Positions 38,962-48,148 are shown, counted from the stretch's first letter. The stretch is 64,000 bases of DNA from Firmicutes bacterium UBA3570 (GCA_002376005.1 DFNJ01000027.1:8587-72586), one strand, 5' to 3'. The notes: generated from the letters alone by a model not told the origin. Made by a program: numbers and translations.

Positions 38962-40518
38962 ATGCGCGTGGACATAGCGGAGAGGTTACGGGAGCTGGAA
39001 GAACGACGACGGCGGGTTCTGCAGGGGGGCGGGCCCGAACGCATCAAGAAGCAGCGGGAGGCGGGCAAGCGTACCGCCCGTGAGCGCCTCCAGGCACTCT
39101 TCGATGAGGGTAGCTTCGTGGAGTTCGACCAGTTCGTGTCGCATCGGTGCACGGAGTTCGGCATGGACCGGGTGGACGCTCCCGGTGAAGGGGTCATCAC
39201 CGGTTTCGGCACCATCGACGGGAGGCTGGTGTACGCCTTCGCCCAGGACTTCACCGTCATCGGCGGTACCCTGGGAGAGATGCATGCGCAGAAGATCTGC
39301 AAGGTGATGGACGCGGCCCTGAAGGCAGGGGTTCCCTTCATCGGCCTTAATGACTCGGGAGGGGCCCGGATCCAGGAGGGTGTGGATGCCCTGCACGGTT
39401 ACGGTAACATATTCTACCGCAATACCATGGCCTCGGGAGTGATCCCCCAGATCTCGGTGATCATGGGACCGTGCGCCGGAGGGGCGGTATATTCCCCGGC
39501 CCTGACCGACTTCGTGTTCATGGTGGACAAGATCTCACAGATGTTCATCACCGGACCTCAGGTCATCAAGGCGGTCACCGGCGAGGAGGTCACTCTGGAG
39601 GAGCTGGGCGGTGCGCGGACCCACAACCAGACCAGCGGGGTTGCCCATTTCTGGGCGCAGGATGAGGATCACTGCTTCCAGCTGATTCGCAAGCTGCTTT
39701 CCTACCTGCCCGACAACAACCTGGAGGATCCGCCGATGCTGCAGTGCGACGATCCTCCGGACCGTGCCGATGAGCAGCTGATCCACGCGGTACCCACCGA
39801 TCCGAACCGGCCTTACGAGGTGCGCGCCGTGATTCGGGCGGTGGTGGACCACGGTGATTTCTTCGAGGTCCAGGAACATTACGCCACCAACATGGTGGTG
39901 GGCTTCGCCCGGCTGGGTGGCAGGCCGGTGGGCATCCTGGCCAATCAGCCGCGGGTGCTGGCAGGGTGTCTGGATATCAACGCCTCCGACAAGGCGGCGC
40001 GGTTCGTCCGGTTCTGCGATGCCTTCAACATCCCCCTGGTCACCTTCGTGGACACCCCCGGTTATCTCCCGGGAACGGGTCAGGAGTACGGGGGCATTAT
40101 CCGGCATGGTGCCAAGTTGTTGTATGCCTACTCCGAGGCCAGCGTGCCCAAGCTCACCGTCATATTGCGAAAGGCGTACGGAGGAGCGTACATCGCCATG
40201 TGCGCGCGTTCCCTGGGCTGTGACTTCGCTCTTGCCTGGCCCACGGCGGAGATAGCGGTGATGGGACCGGAGGGAGCGGCCAACATCATATTCCGGCGGG
40301 AGATTCGCGACTCCGACGACCCCATCCGCACTCGCCAGGAGAAAGTCGCCGAGTACCGCGCTCGCTTTTGCAACCCGTACGTGGCGGCCGCCAGGGGATA
40401 CGTGGACGCGGTGATCGACCCCCGGGAAACGCGGGCCCGTCTCATTCAGGGTCTGGAGGGAATGATCACCAAGAAGGAGTCTCGGCCGGCAAAAAAGCAC
40501 GGCAATTTTCCGGTGTGA
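38962..40518 (+). CDS. mmdA: Methylmalonyl-CoA carboxyltransferase (decarboxylase alpha subunit; propionyl-CoA carboxylase beta-chain family)
   Basis: Two carboxyltransferase domains with conserved blocks ([55 protein letters not shown]). 518 aa. Confidence 0.85.
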   Translation: MRVDIAERLRELEERRRRVLQGGGPERIKKQREAGKRTARERLQALFDEGSFVEFDQFVSHRCTEFGMDRVDAPGEGVITGFGTIDGRLVYAFAQDFTVIGGTLGEMHAQKICKVMDAALKAGVPFIGLNDSGGARIQEGVDALHGYGNIFYRNTMASGVIPQISVIMGPCAGGAVYSPALTDFVFMVDKISQMFITGPQVIKAVTGEEVTLEELGGARTHNQTSGVAHFWAQDEDHCFQLIRKLLSYLPDNNLEDPPMLQCDDPPDRADEQLIHAVPTDPNRPYEVRAVIRAVVDHGDFFEVQEHYATNMVVGFARLGGRPVGILANQPRVLAGCLDINASDKAARFVRFCDAFNIPLVTFVDTPGYLPGTGQEYGGIIRHGAKLLYAYSEASVPKLTVILRKAYGGAYIAMCARSLGCDFALAWPTAEIAVMGPEGAANIIFRREIRDSDDPIRTRQEKVAEYRARFCNPYVAAARGYVDAVIDPRETRARLIQGLEGMITKKESRPAKKHGNFPV

Positions 40519-40532
40519 GGGAGCGGGAGAGA

Positions 40533-40934
40533 GTGTCGTCGTACGTCACGGGCATGCAGGTCACCATTGTGGGTTTGGCTATGGTGTTTCTGGCCCTGGG
40601 GTTCATGGCCTTAAGTGTTTGTCTGCTGAGCTGGGCATTCCGCGGAAAGGTGGCGTCAGCTCGTGCCGCCCGGCCGCAGCTGGCGTCGGCGCCACGACAA
40701 CCCCCGTCGGCGCCCCAGGCGCCGCGTCACCTGCGTCCGGAGGTGGTAGCGGCCATCGTGGCAGCGGTGGCGGCCTACCGAGGGGAGAAGGTGCCCACGT
40801 TCCGCCTGCGGGCGGTGACGCCAGTTCGGCCCCGGCAGGTACTGACCCGGGGTCGGGGGTGGGTCATGGCGGGCAGACAGACACTGGTCAACCGTGCCCG
40901 CATATTGCAGGAGCGAAGGAGGACTCGGGATTGA
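40533..40934 (+). CDS. OadG/MmdD-like small membrane-anchor subunit of Na+-translocating decarboxylase
   Basis: GTG 40533 after the mmdA stop. Single TM helix ([25 protein letters not shown]), then Ala/Pro-rich linker and [13 protein letters not shown], typical of OadG family. Alternative ATG 40554. Confidence 0.5.
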   Translation: MSSYVTGMQVTIVGLAMVFLALGFMALSVCLLSWAFRGKVASARAARPQLASAPRQPPSAPQAPRHLRPEVVAAIVAAVAAYRGEKVPTFRLRAVTPVRPRQVLTRGRGWVMAGRQTLVNRARILQERRRTRD

Positions 40935-41362
40935 TGAAGAGGTACCGGGTTGTCGTCAACGGCCAAGTCTTCGAGGTGGAAGTGGAAGAAATCTCCGACC
41001 AGCCATCGCCGGTTCGGGAGCGCACCGAGACACCTGCCACCACACCCGCGGAGCCACCGCCCAAGGAGGTAACTCGGGCGGAAACCGCCCGGGAGAAGGG
41101 GATTTCCGAGGCCGAAAGGGTGGAAGCAGGGCCCCGCCCTCCGGCGTCCGGTGAGACGGTCACCGCTCCCCTTCCCGGGGTGGTGCTGGATGTCCGGGTG
41201 ACCAAGGGGCAGTCGGTCCGGGCCGGCGACGTGCTGGTGATCCTGGAAGCCATGAAGATGGAAAACGAGATCGTGGCACCGGTGGCGGGAACGGTGGTGG
41301 AAGTCTACGCACAGAAAGGCAGCAGTGTTGATGCGGGGGATCCGCTGGTGGTCATTGCCTAG
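40934..41362 (+). CDS. mmdC: Biotin carboxyl carrier subunit (decarboxylase gamma subunit)
   Basis: ATG 40934 overlapping upstream TGA by 1 nt. C-terminal biotinyl domain with EAMKMENEI biotin-lysine motif. Pro/Ala/Glu-rich linker. Confidence 0.8.
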   Translation: MKRYRVVVNGQVFEVEVEEISDQPSPVRERTETPATTPAEPPPKEVTRAETAREKGISEAERVEAGPRPPASGETVTAPLPGVVLDVRVTKGQSVRAGDVLVILEAMKMENEIVAPVAGTVVEVYAQKGSSVDAGDPLVVIA

Positions 41363-41379
41363 TTCGGGAGGGCTATGAG

Positions 41380-42513
41380 GTGTTGGGAGAGCAATTCGTG
41401 CGTTCGTTGCAGGAGACGGGACTGGCCGGCTTGACCTGGCAGCATGCGGCCATGATCGGCATTGGCTGCGTACTGATATACCTGGCCATCCGGAAGCGGT
41501 ACGAGCCTCTTCTGCTCTTGCCCATCGGTTTCGGCATCATCTTGGGCAATCTGCCCCTGGCCGGCTTGATGGATCCCCCGGCCGACGGGATGCCCGGCGG
41601 CTTGTTATATTACCTCTTCCGGGGGGTCAAGCTGGTGATCTACCCGCCATTGATATTCCTGGGCATCGGAGCCATGACCGATTTCGGCCCCCTGATTGCC
41701 GATCCCAAGGCAATGCTTCTGGGAGCGGCCGCTCAGGCGGGGATCTTCGCCGCCCTATGGGGGGCGCTACTGCTGGGATTCAGCCCCCAGGAGGCGGCGG
41801 CCATCGGGATCATCGGGGGAGCGGACGGACCCACCGCCATCTTCGTCACCAGCAAGCTGGCCCCCCACCTGCTCGGGCCCATCGCCATCGCCGCTTACTC
41901 CTACATCGCCCTGATTCCCCTCATACAGCCCCCCATCATCATGGCCCTCACCACCAAGGAGGAAAGGGCCATTTCCATGCGTCAGCTGCGCACGGTCTCC
42001 CGCACCGAGAAGATCCTGTTTCCCATCGTGGTCACCGTGCTGGCCGGTCTCCTGGTACCTCGGGCCATGGCCCTGATCGGGATGCTGATGCTCGGGAACC
42101 TGTTGCGCGAGAGCGGGGTGGTGACCCGTCTGGCGCGCACCGCTGAGACCCATCTCACCAACATAGTGACCATCTTTCTCACCCTGGCGGTGGGAGCCAG
42201 CACCCGGGCCGATCTGTTCTTCACGTGGCGAATGATCGGGCTTCTGCTCCTGGGGCTGGCGGCATTTGCCATCAGCACTGCGGCTGGCGTGCTGTTCGGC
42301 AAGCTGATGTGCAGACTGACCGGAGGACGGGTGAATCCCCTCATCGGCGCGGCGGGGGTGTCGGCGGTCCCCGCCGCAGCCCGGCTGGCCCAGAAGCTGG
42401 GGCAAAAGGCCGATCCGGGCAATTTCCTTCTCATGCACGCCATGGGCCCCAACGTGGCGGGAGTGATAGGATCGGCAGTGGCAGCGGGGATTCTGCTGGC
42501 CATGCTCGGCTGA
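41380..42513 (+). CDS. mmdB: Na+-translocating decarboxylase beta subunit (OadB/MmdB/GcdB family)
   Basis: 377-aa polytopic membrane protein with the OadB-family conserved N-terminus (GLAGLTWQHAAMIGIGCVLIYLAI) and central/C-terminal blocks. Confidence 0.85.
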   Translation: MLGEQFVRSLQETGLAGLTWQHAAMIGIGCVLIYLAIRKRYEPLLLLPIGFGIILGNLPLAGLMDPPADGMPGGLLYYLFRGVKLVIYPPLIFLGIGAMTDFGPLIADPKAMLLGAAAQAGIFAALWGALLLGFSPQEAAAIGIIGGADGPTAIFVTSKLAPHLLGPIAIAAYSYIALIPLIQPPIIMALTTKEERAISMRQLRTVSRTEKILFPIVVTVLAGLLVPRAMALIGMLMLGNLLRESGVVTRLARTAETHLTNIVTIFLTLAVGASTRADLFFTWRMIGLLLLGLAAFAISTAAGVLFGKLMCRLTGGRVNPLIGAAGVSAVPAAARLAQKLGQKADPGNFLLMHAMGPNVAGVIGSAVAAGILLAMLG

Positions 42514-42582
42514 GGGATCTGGGGGGATAATAACGGGTGGGGGAGAGGTGCCCATCTCTCCTGGAGCCTACGGCGGGGAAGG

Positions 42583-43626
42583 ATGAGTTGCTTGCAGAAG
42601 CTGCGCGCGGGGCCGCTGGCTTTGTTATTTTGGCTGATCGCGTTTCGCGGCTTGCTGGTATGGTTGCCAGCACCTGCCTGGCCGGGAACCATGGATGCTT
42701 TCCCCCTGCTGGCCCATTACGAGAACGGATGGGACGATTCGTTTCCCAGCTCCTGGCCAGCCCTCAAGGCCCGCTGGCGGCACATCGATGTGCTGTCTCC
42801 GTTGTGGTATTCGGTGGATGGGGAGGGGCGGGTGAGTGATGTGCGGTTTCGGCCCGAGGTCATGGAGTTCTGTCGGGTGCGCGGCATTCCGGTGATGCCT
42901 CTGGTCACCGCCCCGCCCGCCGCGTCGGAGCCACGCAGCTTCCTCAGCAGCACCGAGGCCACGCGGCGCGCCCTGGCGGCATTGGGTGCTCTGGTGCGGC
43001 GGCATGGTTACGGCGGACTGGTGGTGGCCTTCGGGAAAGTCTCCCCGCAGGAACGGGAGGAGTTTGCCCGGTTTGTCGTCGATCTGCGGGAGAGGCTCCG
43101 GGTCTCGGGCCGGCGGCTATGGGTCTACCTGCCGGACGCCCACTCCATCCAGGAATGGCCCCCGGAGCTCTTTGACCGGCTGGCCACGGCGGCCGAGCGG
43201 CTGGTGATTCCCGCGTACGATCGGCACAACCTGCACACGGGACCGGGCCCGGTGGCTCCCGCGCCGTGGGTTAGGGAGCTGGTGCGGGAAATTGCAGCAC
43301 ACGTGCCGACCCGCCAACTGGTGTTGGGATTGGGTGCATTCGGGTACGAATGGCCTGCCCAGGCGGGGGCGGGCAAGGCGGAGTACGTGTCCACCAACGA
43401 GGCCAGGGCGCGCGCCGACCAGCAAGGCGTCAGCCCGGAACGGGACCCAGAGAGCGGGGAGATGCACTACCGGTACCGCCGGGACGGACTGCCCCGGGAA
43501 GTATGGTACCAGGACGAGGTCAGCTTGCGGTTGCTCATCGGCCTGGCGCGGGAGGAGGGTCTGGGTGGGGTGGCCTATTGGCGGTTGGGATTTGGCGGCG
43601 ATGCCCTGTGGGAGGAACCTGAGTAG
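42583..43626 (+). CDS. Secreted glycoside hydrolase family 18-like (chitinase-like) protein; sporulation-type YdhD/YaaH-like
   Basis: Signal peptide/TM, GH18-like TIM-barrel pattern (GYGGLVVAFG, LGLGAFGYEW, GGVAYWRLG). Catalytic DxxDxDxE not clearly intact. Confidence 0.5.
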   Translation: MSCLQKLRAGPLALLFWLIAFRGLLVWLPAPAWPGTMDAFPLLAHYENGWDDSFPSSWPALKARWRHIDVLSPLWYSVDGEGRVSDVRFRPEVMEFCRVRGIPVMPLVTAPPAASEPRSFLSSTEATRRALAALGALVRRHGYGGLVVAFGKVSPQEREEFARFVVDLRERLRVSGRRLWVYLPDAHSIQEWPPELFDRLATAAERLVIPAYDRHNLHTGPGPVAPAPWVRELVREIAAHVPTRQLVLGLGAFGYEWPAQAGAGKAEYVSTNEARARADQQGVSPERDPESGEMHYRYRRDGLPREVWYQDEVSLRLLIGLAREEGLGGVAYWRLGFGGDALWEEPE

Positions 43627-43681
43627 GGAGGAATCGGCCTAAGGGCGGTGGAAATACTTGGGCAAGACAGGGGGGGTTCCC

Positions 43682-44029
43682 GTGAAGGCGTTGAATTTCT
43701 ACTCGTCAGTCTATCACGCCAACCTGCTGGTGGGTCGCAAGTACTGCACCATCCGCCTGGGCGACAAGACGTGCAAGTACCGCGAGGGTGACCTGGTGTG
43801 GGTGACCCACGGAGACCGGTTCTCGAAGCGCAAGCGCATCTTCACCGCCGTGCTTGATCGGGTGGAGGCCAAACCGCTGCGGGAGCTGAGTCGCCGCGAC
43901 CTGGAGGGGGAGAACCCCGACATGCGCACGGTGGAGGATGCCCGGGAATTCCTGGAGGAGATTTACCGACGGAAAGTGAGCCTGGACGATACGGTAACCG
44001 TGGTGTACTTCAGCGAAGTTGAGGAATGA
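43682..44029 (+). CDS. ASCH (PUA-like) domain protein
   Basis: GTG 43682. GRKYCTIRLGDKTCKYREGDLVWV resembles the ASCH core. 115 aa. Confidence 0.45.
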   Translation: MKALNFYSSVYHANLLVGRKYCTIRLGDKTCKYREGDLVWVTHGDRFSKRKRIFTAVLDRVEAKPLRELSRRDLEGENPDMRTVEDAREFLEEIYRRKVSLDDTVTVVYFSEVEE

Positions 44030-44669
44030 GGCTTTCCATTACCCTCGCACGAGGATCGACGGAGCGTACCGATTGTCTGATACCCCGTCCACCAAGGAAG
44101 CCATACGCCAGCTGGCCTTGAGGAACCGGCGAGCCATGCCGTCCGAGGAGCGCCGGCGGCGCAGCCGGAGGATTGTGGAGCGGCTATTTGCCACCGCCGA
44201 ATTCCGGTCTGCAGCCAGCGTGGCCTTTTATGCTTCCTGGAAGAGCGAAGTTGCCACCCACGAGGCCATTCGCCGCGCCCTGGCCGAAGGCAAGCGGGTC
44301 TGGCTGCCCAAGGTGGCTACCGCTCCCCGGCGGCTGCTGTTGGCCCCCATCAGCGATCCCGACCGGGAGCTGCGTCCCGGGGCCTACGGGATCCTTGAAC
44401 CCCCACCAGAGCGTGCGGTTGAGGTGGTCCAGGCGCAGGTGGACCTGGTGGTGGTGCCGGGAGTGGCCTTCGGGGAGCATGGGGAGAGGCTGGGATACGG
44501 ACAAGGGTACTACGACCGCCTCCTGGCCCAGCTGCCTGACCGAGTGGTGACCGTGGGTCTCGCCTTCGAAGTACAGGTCTTTCCCTGCCTGCCGCAGGAT
44601 CCCCACGACGTGCCGGTCCAGCTGATCATCACCGAAGAGAGGATTCTCCGCTACCGGCCCGGCACGTAA
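44019..44669 (+). CDS. 5-formyltetrahydrofolate cyclo-ligase
   Basis: C-terminal GYGQGYYDR motif and the LRNRR/EERRRRS N-terminal pattern of MTHFS. TTG 44019 overlaps ASCH stop. Alternative TTG 44073. Confidence 0.8.
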   Translation: MRNEAFHYPRTRIDGAYRLSDTPSTKEAIRQLALRNRRAMPSEERRRRSRRIVERLFATAEFRSAASVAFYASWKSEVATHEAIRRALAEGKRVWLPKVATAPRRLLLAPISDPDRELRPGAYGILEPPPERAVEVVQAQVDLVVVPGVAFGEHGERLGYGQGYYDRLLAQLPDRVVTVGLAFEVQVFPCLPQDPHDVPVQLIITEERILRYRPGT

Positions 44670-44773
44670 GCCGAGTGACGGGTTGCTCATCTCGATCCTT
44701 CCTCAATGACTTCCCCTTTTCTGCCTTTGGAAGACGCCAGATCAGAATCATGTTTACGTTTTTGATTTGGGAC

Positions 44774-44802
44774 TTGACATTGCTACCCCCTCACTTTATA
44801 AT
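44774..44802 (+). promoter_or_regulatory. Consensus sigma-A promoter: TTGACA - 17 nt - TATAAT
   Basis: Read directly: gggacTTGACAttgctaccccctcacttTATAATctc in an AT-richer intergenic region. AAGGGAGG RBS 8 nt before ATG 44849. Confidence 0.6.
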
Positions 44803-44848
44803 CTCTCACAGAGGCCTCGATAGATTTGAATTAAGGGAGGCAAAGTAG

Positions 44849-45082
44849 ATGGAGTACATACTGGTGGAGCATGACGGTCACTTGCCGCAGGAACTCCTGC
44901 GGCTGATCCGGGAGACCCCGGGGGTTCGGCTCAAGGGACAGCGGCCGCTGGAGCTGTACAACCACGGACCCCAAGAGTTCCTGCCCCTGTTGCTGGGGGC
45001 TCTATCCCGGCACGGCATGGGAAGCACGCGAGTATACCTCCGGCGCGGTCCGGTTGCTTCCCTAACGGTCGCGGAGGCGTGA
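44849..45082 (+). CDS. Small hypothetical protein (77 aa), first gene downstream of the consensus promoter
   Basis: Strong RBS. No recognisable motif (MEYILVEHDGHLPQELLRLIRETPGVRLKG...). Confidence 0.45.
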   Translation: MEYILVEHDGHLPQELLRLIRETPGVRLKGQRPLELYNHGPQEFLPLLLGALSRHGMGSTRVYLRRGPVASLTVAEA

Positions 45083-45106
45083 AGCAAAGAGGAGGAGGTG
45101 AGGTGG

Positions 45107-45493
45107 GTGGATGCGAGGCCAGTGCTGGGGAAGTGTCCGGTGTGCGACGAGAAGATGGTGATCAGCAGGCTGACCTGCCCCCATTGTGGGACGGCGGTAG
45201 AGGGCCGGTTTCAGAGCTGCAAGTTCTGCGCCCTCACCCCGCAACAGCGGGATATGGTGGAAATCTTCCTCAAGGTGCGGGGCAACATCAAGGAGGTGGA
45301 GCGCGAGCTGGGGATCTCCTATCCCACGGTGCGGAACCGCTTGGAGGATATCGTGCGCAGCCTGGGGTATCGGCTGGCGCCCGCTCCCGAGGAAGAACGC
45401 CTGGCGGCCAAGCGCAAGGAGGTACTGGACGCCTTGTCGGCGGGAGAGATCACCGCCGAGGAAGCGGCCAAGCGCCTGCGTTCTCTGAGGTGA
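45107..45493 (+). CDS. DUF2089 family protein (zinc ribbon plus HTH)
   Basis: CPVCDEK...CPHCG zinc ribbon, then GNIKEVERELGISYPTVRNRLEDI HTH-like segment. GTG 45107 with AGGAGGAGG upstream. Confidence 0.6.
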   Translation: MDARPVLGKCPVCDEKMVISRLTCPHCGTAVEGRFQSCKFCALTPQQRDMVEIFLKVRGNIKEVERELGISYPTVRNRLEDIVRSLGYRLAPAPEEERLAAKRKEVLDALSAGEITAEEAAKRLRSLR

Positions 45494-45528
45494 CCTAGTT
45501 GAGCCCATTTCAGAAGGAGGGAACCACA

Positions 45529-46509
45529 ATGCAGGAGGAGCGGCGCATGGTTCTGGAGATGCTCCAGCAGGGGAAGATCACTGCCGAGCAAGCGGCAGAA
45601 CTGCTGCGGGCTCTCGAGGGCAGCGCCTCGCGGCAGAGCGAGGCCGAAGTCAGTGAAACCCGCCAGACCCTGAAGACGGTGATCCAGGGGCTGGATCTAT
45701 CCGGGCTGTTCTCTTCCCTGGTGGGTTCAGGACATCGGTTCGAGGAGGTCCGGGAGGGCGAGCTGGAGCCGGTGGACGGCGTGGTGCAGGTGCGCGTGCG
45801 GACCCGGAACGGCACCGTGCGCATGTCGGGCTGGGACGAACCCGGTTACCGCGCGGTGTTGAAAAAGTCGGTGCGTGCCCCCTCGCGGGAAGAGGCGGAA
45901 GACCGGGCGGCCGGGATGGTGAAGCTGGAGACCGCCCCTGGCGAACTCACGGTGGAGACGGAAGAGGATTGGCCGGGGGGCGGGGTTTCCGTATACCTGT
46001 ATTTGCCCCGGAGCCTTCAGTATCGGGTGGATGCCCGTACGGCCAACGGCAGCGTGCAGCTGGCAGATTTGCGGTGCCAGCAGGTGAACGTCCACACCGC
46101 CAACGGCAAGGTGGCGCTGGAGATGTGCGAGGGGAACAGCGCGGAGCTTCATACCTCCAACGGTTCCATCCGGGTGGAGTCAGCATTTGCATCCGTGCTG
46201 GCCCGCACTTCCAACGGATCCATCCGGGTGGAGGTGGTGCCTTCCGAGGAAGGGCACTATGATTTGACCACCAGCAACGGGAGCATCAAGGTGCATGCTC
46301 AGCAGCACCCGGATCTGGCCTACGAGGTGGACGCTGAGACCACCATGGGGAAGGTGTCGGTGGATCTGCCGGACATGGTCGCCACGGTGCGGGAGCGAAC
46401 CTGGGGACGCTCCAGCTATCGGGGCAAATCCCGGCAATACGAGACCGCGTCGCGCAAGGTGACCATCAAGGCGCGGACCACCAACGGCAGCATCAGGGTG
46501 TTTACCTAA
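45529..46509 (+). CDS. DUF4097 (putative adhesin / YvlB-LiaG-like) protein with LiaX-type N-terminal helix
   Basis: ATG 45529 with AAGGAGGG 8 nt upstream. N-terminal EERRMVLEMLQQGKITAEQAAELLRALEG motif. C-terminal repeated TSNGSIRV / TANGSVQL / TANGKVAL beta-strands typical of DUF4097. Confidence 0.65.
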   Translation: MQEERRMVLEMLQQGKITAEQAAELLRALEGSASRQSEAEVSETRQTLKTVIQGLDLSGLFSSLVGSGHRFEEVREGELEPVDGVVQVRVRTRNGTVRMSGWDEPGYRAVLKKSVRAPSREEAEDRAAGMVKLETAPGELTVETEEDWPGGGVSVYLYLPRSLQYRVDARTANGSVQLADLRCQQVNVHTANGKVALEMCEGNSAELHTSNGSIRVESAFASVLARTSNGSIRVEVVPSEEGHYDLTTSNGSIKVHAQQHPDLAYEVDAETTMGKVSVDLPDMVATVRERTWGRSSYRGKSRQYETASRKVTIKARTTNGSIRVFT

Positions 46510-46533
46510 AGACAGGAGAGGAGGAGATCCTGC

Positions 46534-46899
46534 GTGGACGAGGAGGAGAGACTCAGGATCCTGAAGATGGTTCAGGAGGGCAAGGTGACGGTGGAGGAGG
46601 CCGTCAAGCTGCTGGAGGCTCTGGAGGCGCCCGTGCAAGAGTCGGCGGGACGGCAGGCCAAGTGGCTGCGGATAAGGGTCTGGGAGTCCGGTGCGCAGAA
46701 GGTGGCCGTGAATCTCCCCCTCGGCCTGGTGGACTGGGCGCTGAGGCTGATTCCCAGGCGACTGCTGCAGATCGAGACGGAGGAGGGAAAGACGCAGATC
46801 GACCCTGCCGAGCTGGCCAGGATCATCCGCCAGGGCGTGCCCGGCAAGCTGGTCGAAGTGACTGATGGGGATGATCGGGTGGAGATAGTCATCGAGTGA
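46534..46899 (+). CDS. Small protein sharing the LiaX/YvlB N-terminal motif
   Basis: GTG start after AGGAGAGGAGGAG. EEERLRILKMVQEGKVTVEEAVKLLEALEA repeats the N-terminal motif of the upstream gene. Confidence 0.5.
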   Translation: MDEEERLRILKMVQEGKVTVEEAVKLLEALEAPVQESAGRQAKWLRIRVWESGAQKVAVNLPLGLVDWALRLIPRRLLQIETEEGKTQIDPAELARIIRQGVPGKLVEVTDGDDRVEIVIE

Positions 46900-47022
46900 G
46901 CGAAAGGGCCGGGGGATGGAGATCGTTCTCCGGCCCTCCTTTCCCCTTCGGTTACCCCTGGAGGGGGGCGCCGAAGGTGTTTGCCGATTTGCGTCAAAAG
47001 CTACCGCCGGGAGGCAGATGAC

Positions 47023-47982
47023 GTGCGCACCGTTCTGGCTATCGACGGAGGGGGGACGCGGACCCGCGCATGGCTTTATGACCGATCCTCCCGCCAGGTT
47101 CACGACGGCTATGGGGGGCCGGCCAACGCCCGCCTGGGCCACCCCTGGGCCTTTCGTTCTTCGCTGACCACGGCGGTTCGCGGGTGCCTTGCCAGCTGGG
47201 GCGCGCCGTTGCCGGCGAGGGTGGACTGCGTGGTGTGGGCCATGCCCGCCCCCGCCGACCTGGTGAGAAGATGCTTGAGCGCCCTGGTTCAGGCTGACCA
47301 CTGGCTTTCGGCCACCGAGGTGGATTTCGCGCTCATGGCGGGCCTGGGAGAGCGGGAAGGAGCCGCGGTGGTGGCCGGTACGGGGGTGCTGGCGGGTCGG
47401 CGAGATTCGGCGGGCGGGTGGTATCGCAGCGACGGTTGGGGACCGCTGATGGGGGACGAAGGCGGGGGATACTGGATAGGACAGGAGGCGTTGCGGGCAG
47501 TGGCAAGGGCTCGCGACGGACGGGGGCCGGCCACCGTCATGCTGCGCCTGTTGCTGGAGCGGGCGCAGGTTGGCGACCTCCGCCAGCTGATCCCCGTGCT
47601 TTACGCCGGCCGGCTACCGCAGGCTTTCGTGGCCTCCCTGGCGGTGATGGTCAGTCGGGCGGCAGCTGGGGGAGACGGGGTCGCCGCCCGGATCCTGCGC
47701 CGGGCCGGGCGGAGGCTGGCGGCGGCACTGGCATCGGTGGCCAGCGATGCTGGCGGCCGACTGTTGACCGCCCGCGCCACGTACGCAGGAGGGGTGTTCC
47801 GCTGCCCGCTGGTGCGCGAGACCTTCGTGAGATGCGTGTCCAGGAGGATCCCCGGGTTGAGTTTGGTATGCCCTAGCCTGCCTCCGGTGGCGGGAGGCAT
47901 CCTGCTGGCGGTATCGGGATCTCCCGAGGTATGGGAAGATCTGCGCCGGGCCTGGGTCCGCATCCGAAGTTGCCATCCGTAA
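47023..47982 (+). CDS. BadF/BadG/BcrA/BcrD-type ATPase (N-acetylglucosamine kinase-like)
   Basis: LAIDGGGTRTRAW phosphate-1 motif, DEGGGYWIG adenosine motif. GTG 47023 with GGGAGG 8 nt upstream. Confidence 0.65.
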   Translation: MRTVLAIDGGGTRTRAWLYDRSSRQVHDGYGGPANARLGHPWAFRSSLTTAVRGCLASWGAPLPARVDCVVWAMPAPADLVRRCLSALVQADHWLSATEVDFALMAGLGEREGAAVVAGTGVLAGRRDSAGGWYRSDGWGPLMGDEGGGYWIGQEALRAVARARDGRGPATVMLRLLLERAQVGDLRQLIPVLYAGRLPQAFVASLAVMVSRAAAGGDGVAARILRRAGRRLAAALASVASDAGGRLLTARATYAGGVFRCPLVRETFVRCVSRRIPGLSLVCPSLPPVAGGILLAVSGSPEVWEDLRRAWVRIRSCHP

Positions 47983-47992
47983 GCTCCTCACC

Positions 47993-48024
47993 CCAGCCCA
48001 ACCCTTCCTCGGGCTGGTGTTTTA
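47993..48024 (+). terminator. Rho-independent terminator (CCAGCCC - 11-nt loop - GGGCTGG then TGTTTT)
   Basis: Read directly after the stop of the 47023-47982 gene. Separates it from the dcw cluster. Confidence 0.6.
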
Positions 48025-48118
48025 TCACTCAGCAGTTCCTCAGTTAGAACCTTCATGAAAATTTTTGAGCTTCAGAAGCAGGAATTGACCGCTGCGGGGA
48101 GAATATAGTCTGGCACCG

Positions 48119-48148
48119 GTGGGGAAAAGTGGGGAAAAGTGGGGGACC
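48119..48148 (+). promoter_or_regulatory. Three tandem 10-bp direct repeats GTGGGGAAAA / GTGGGGAAAA / GTGGGGGACC (MraZ-box-like operator)
   Basis: Read directly. Repeats end 10 nt before the mraZ ATG (48159). 10-bp periodicity and GTGG[G/T] core match published MraZ operator repeats (TGGGN x3 in E. coli; AAAGTGG-type in Mollicutes/Firmicutes). Confidence 0.5.

Noticed and set aside
48085-48110. TTGACC ... TATAGT promoter-like hexamers upstream of the MraZ-box repeats
   Set aside because: Spacer is only 13 nt, which does not fit sigma-A geometry. Left uncalled
48119-48148. Whether the tandem repeats could be a CRISPR array or other repeat family
   Set aside because: Only three 10-bp units with no spacers and no cas genes. 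The position at the head of the dcw cluster favours a regulatory operator
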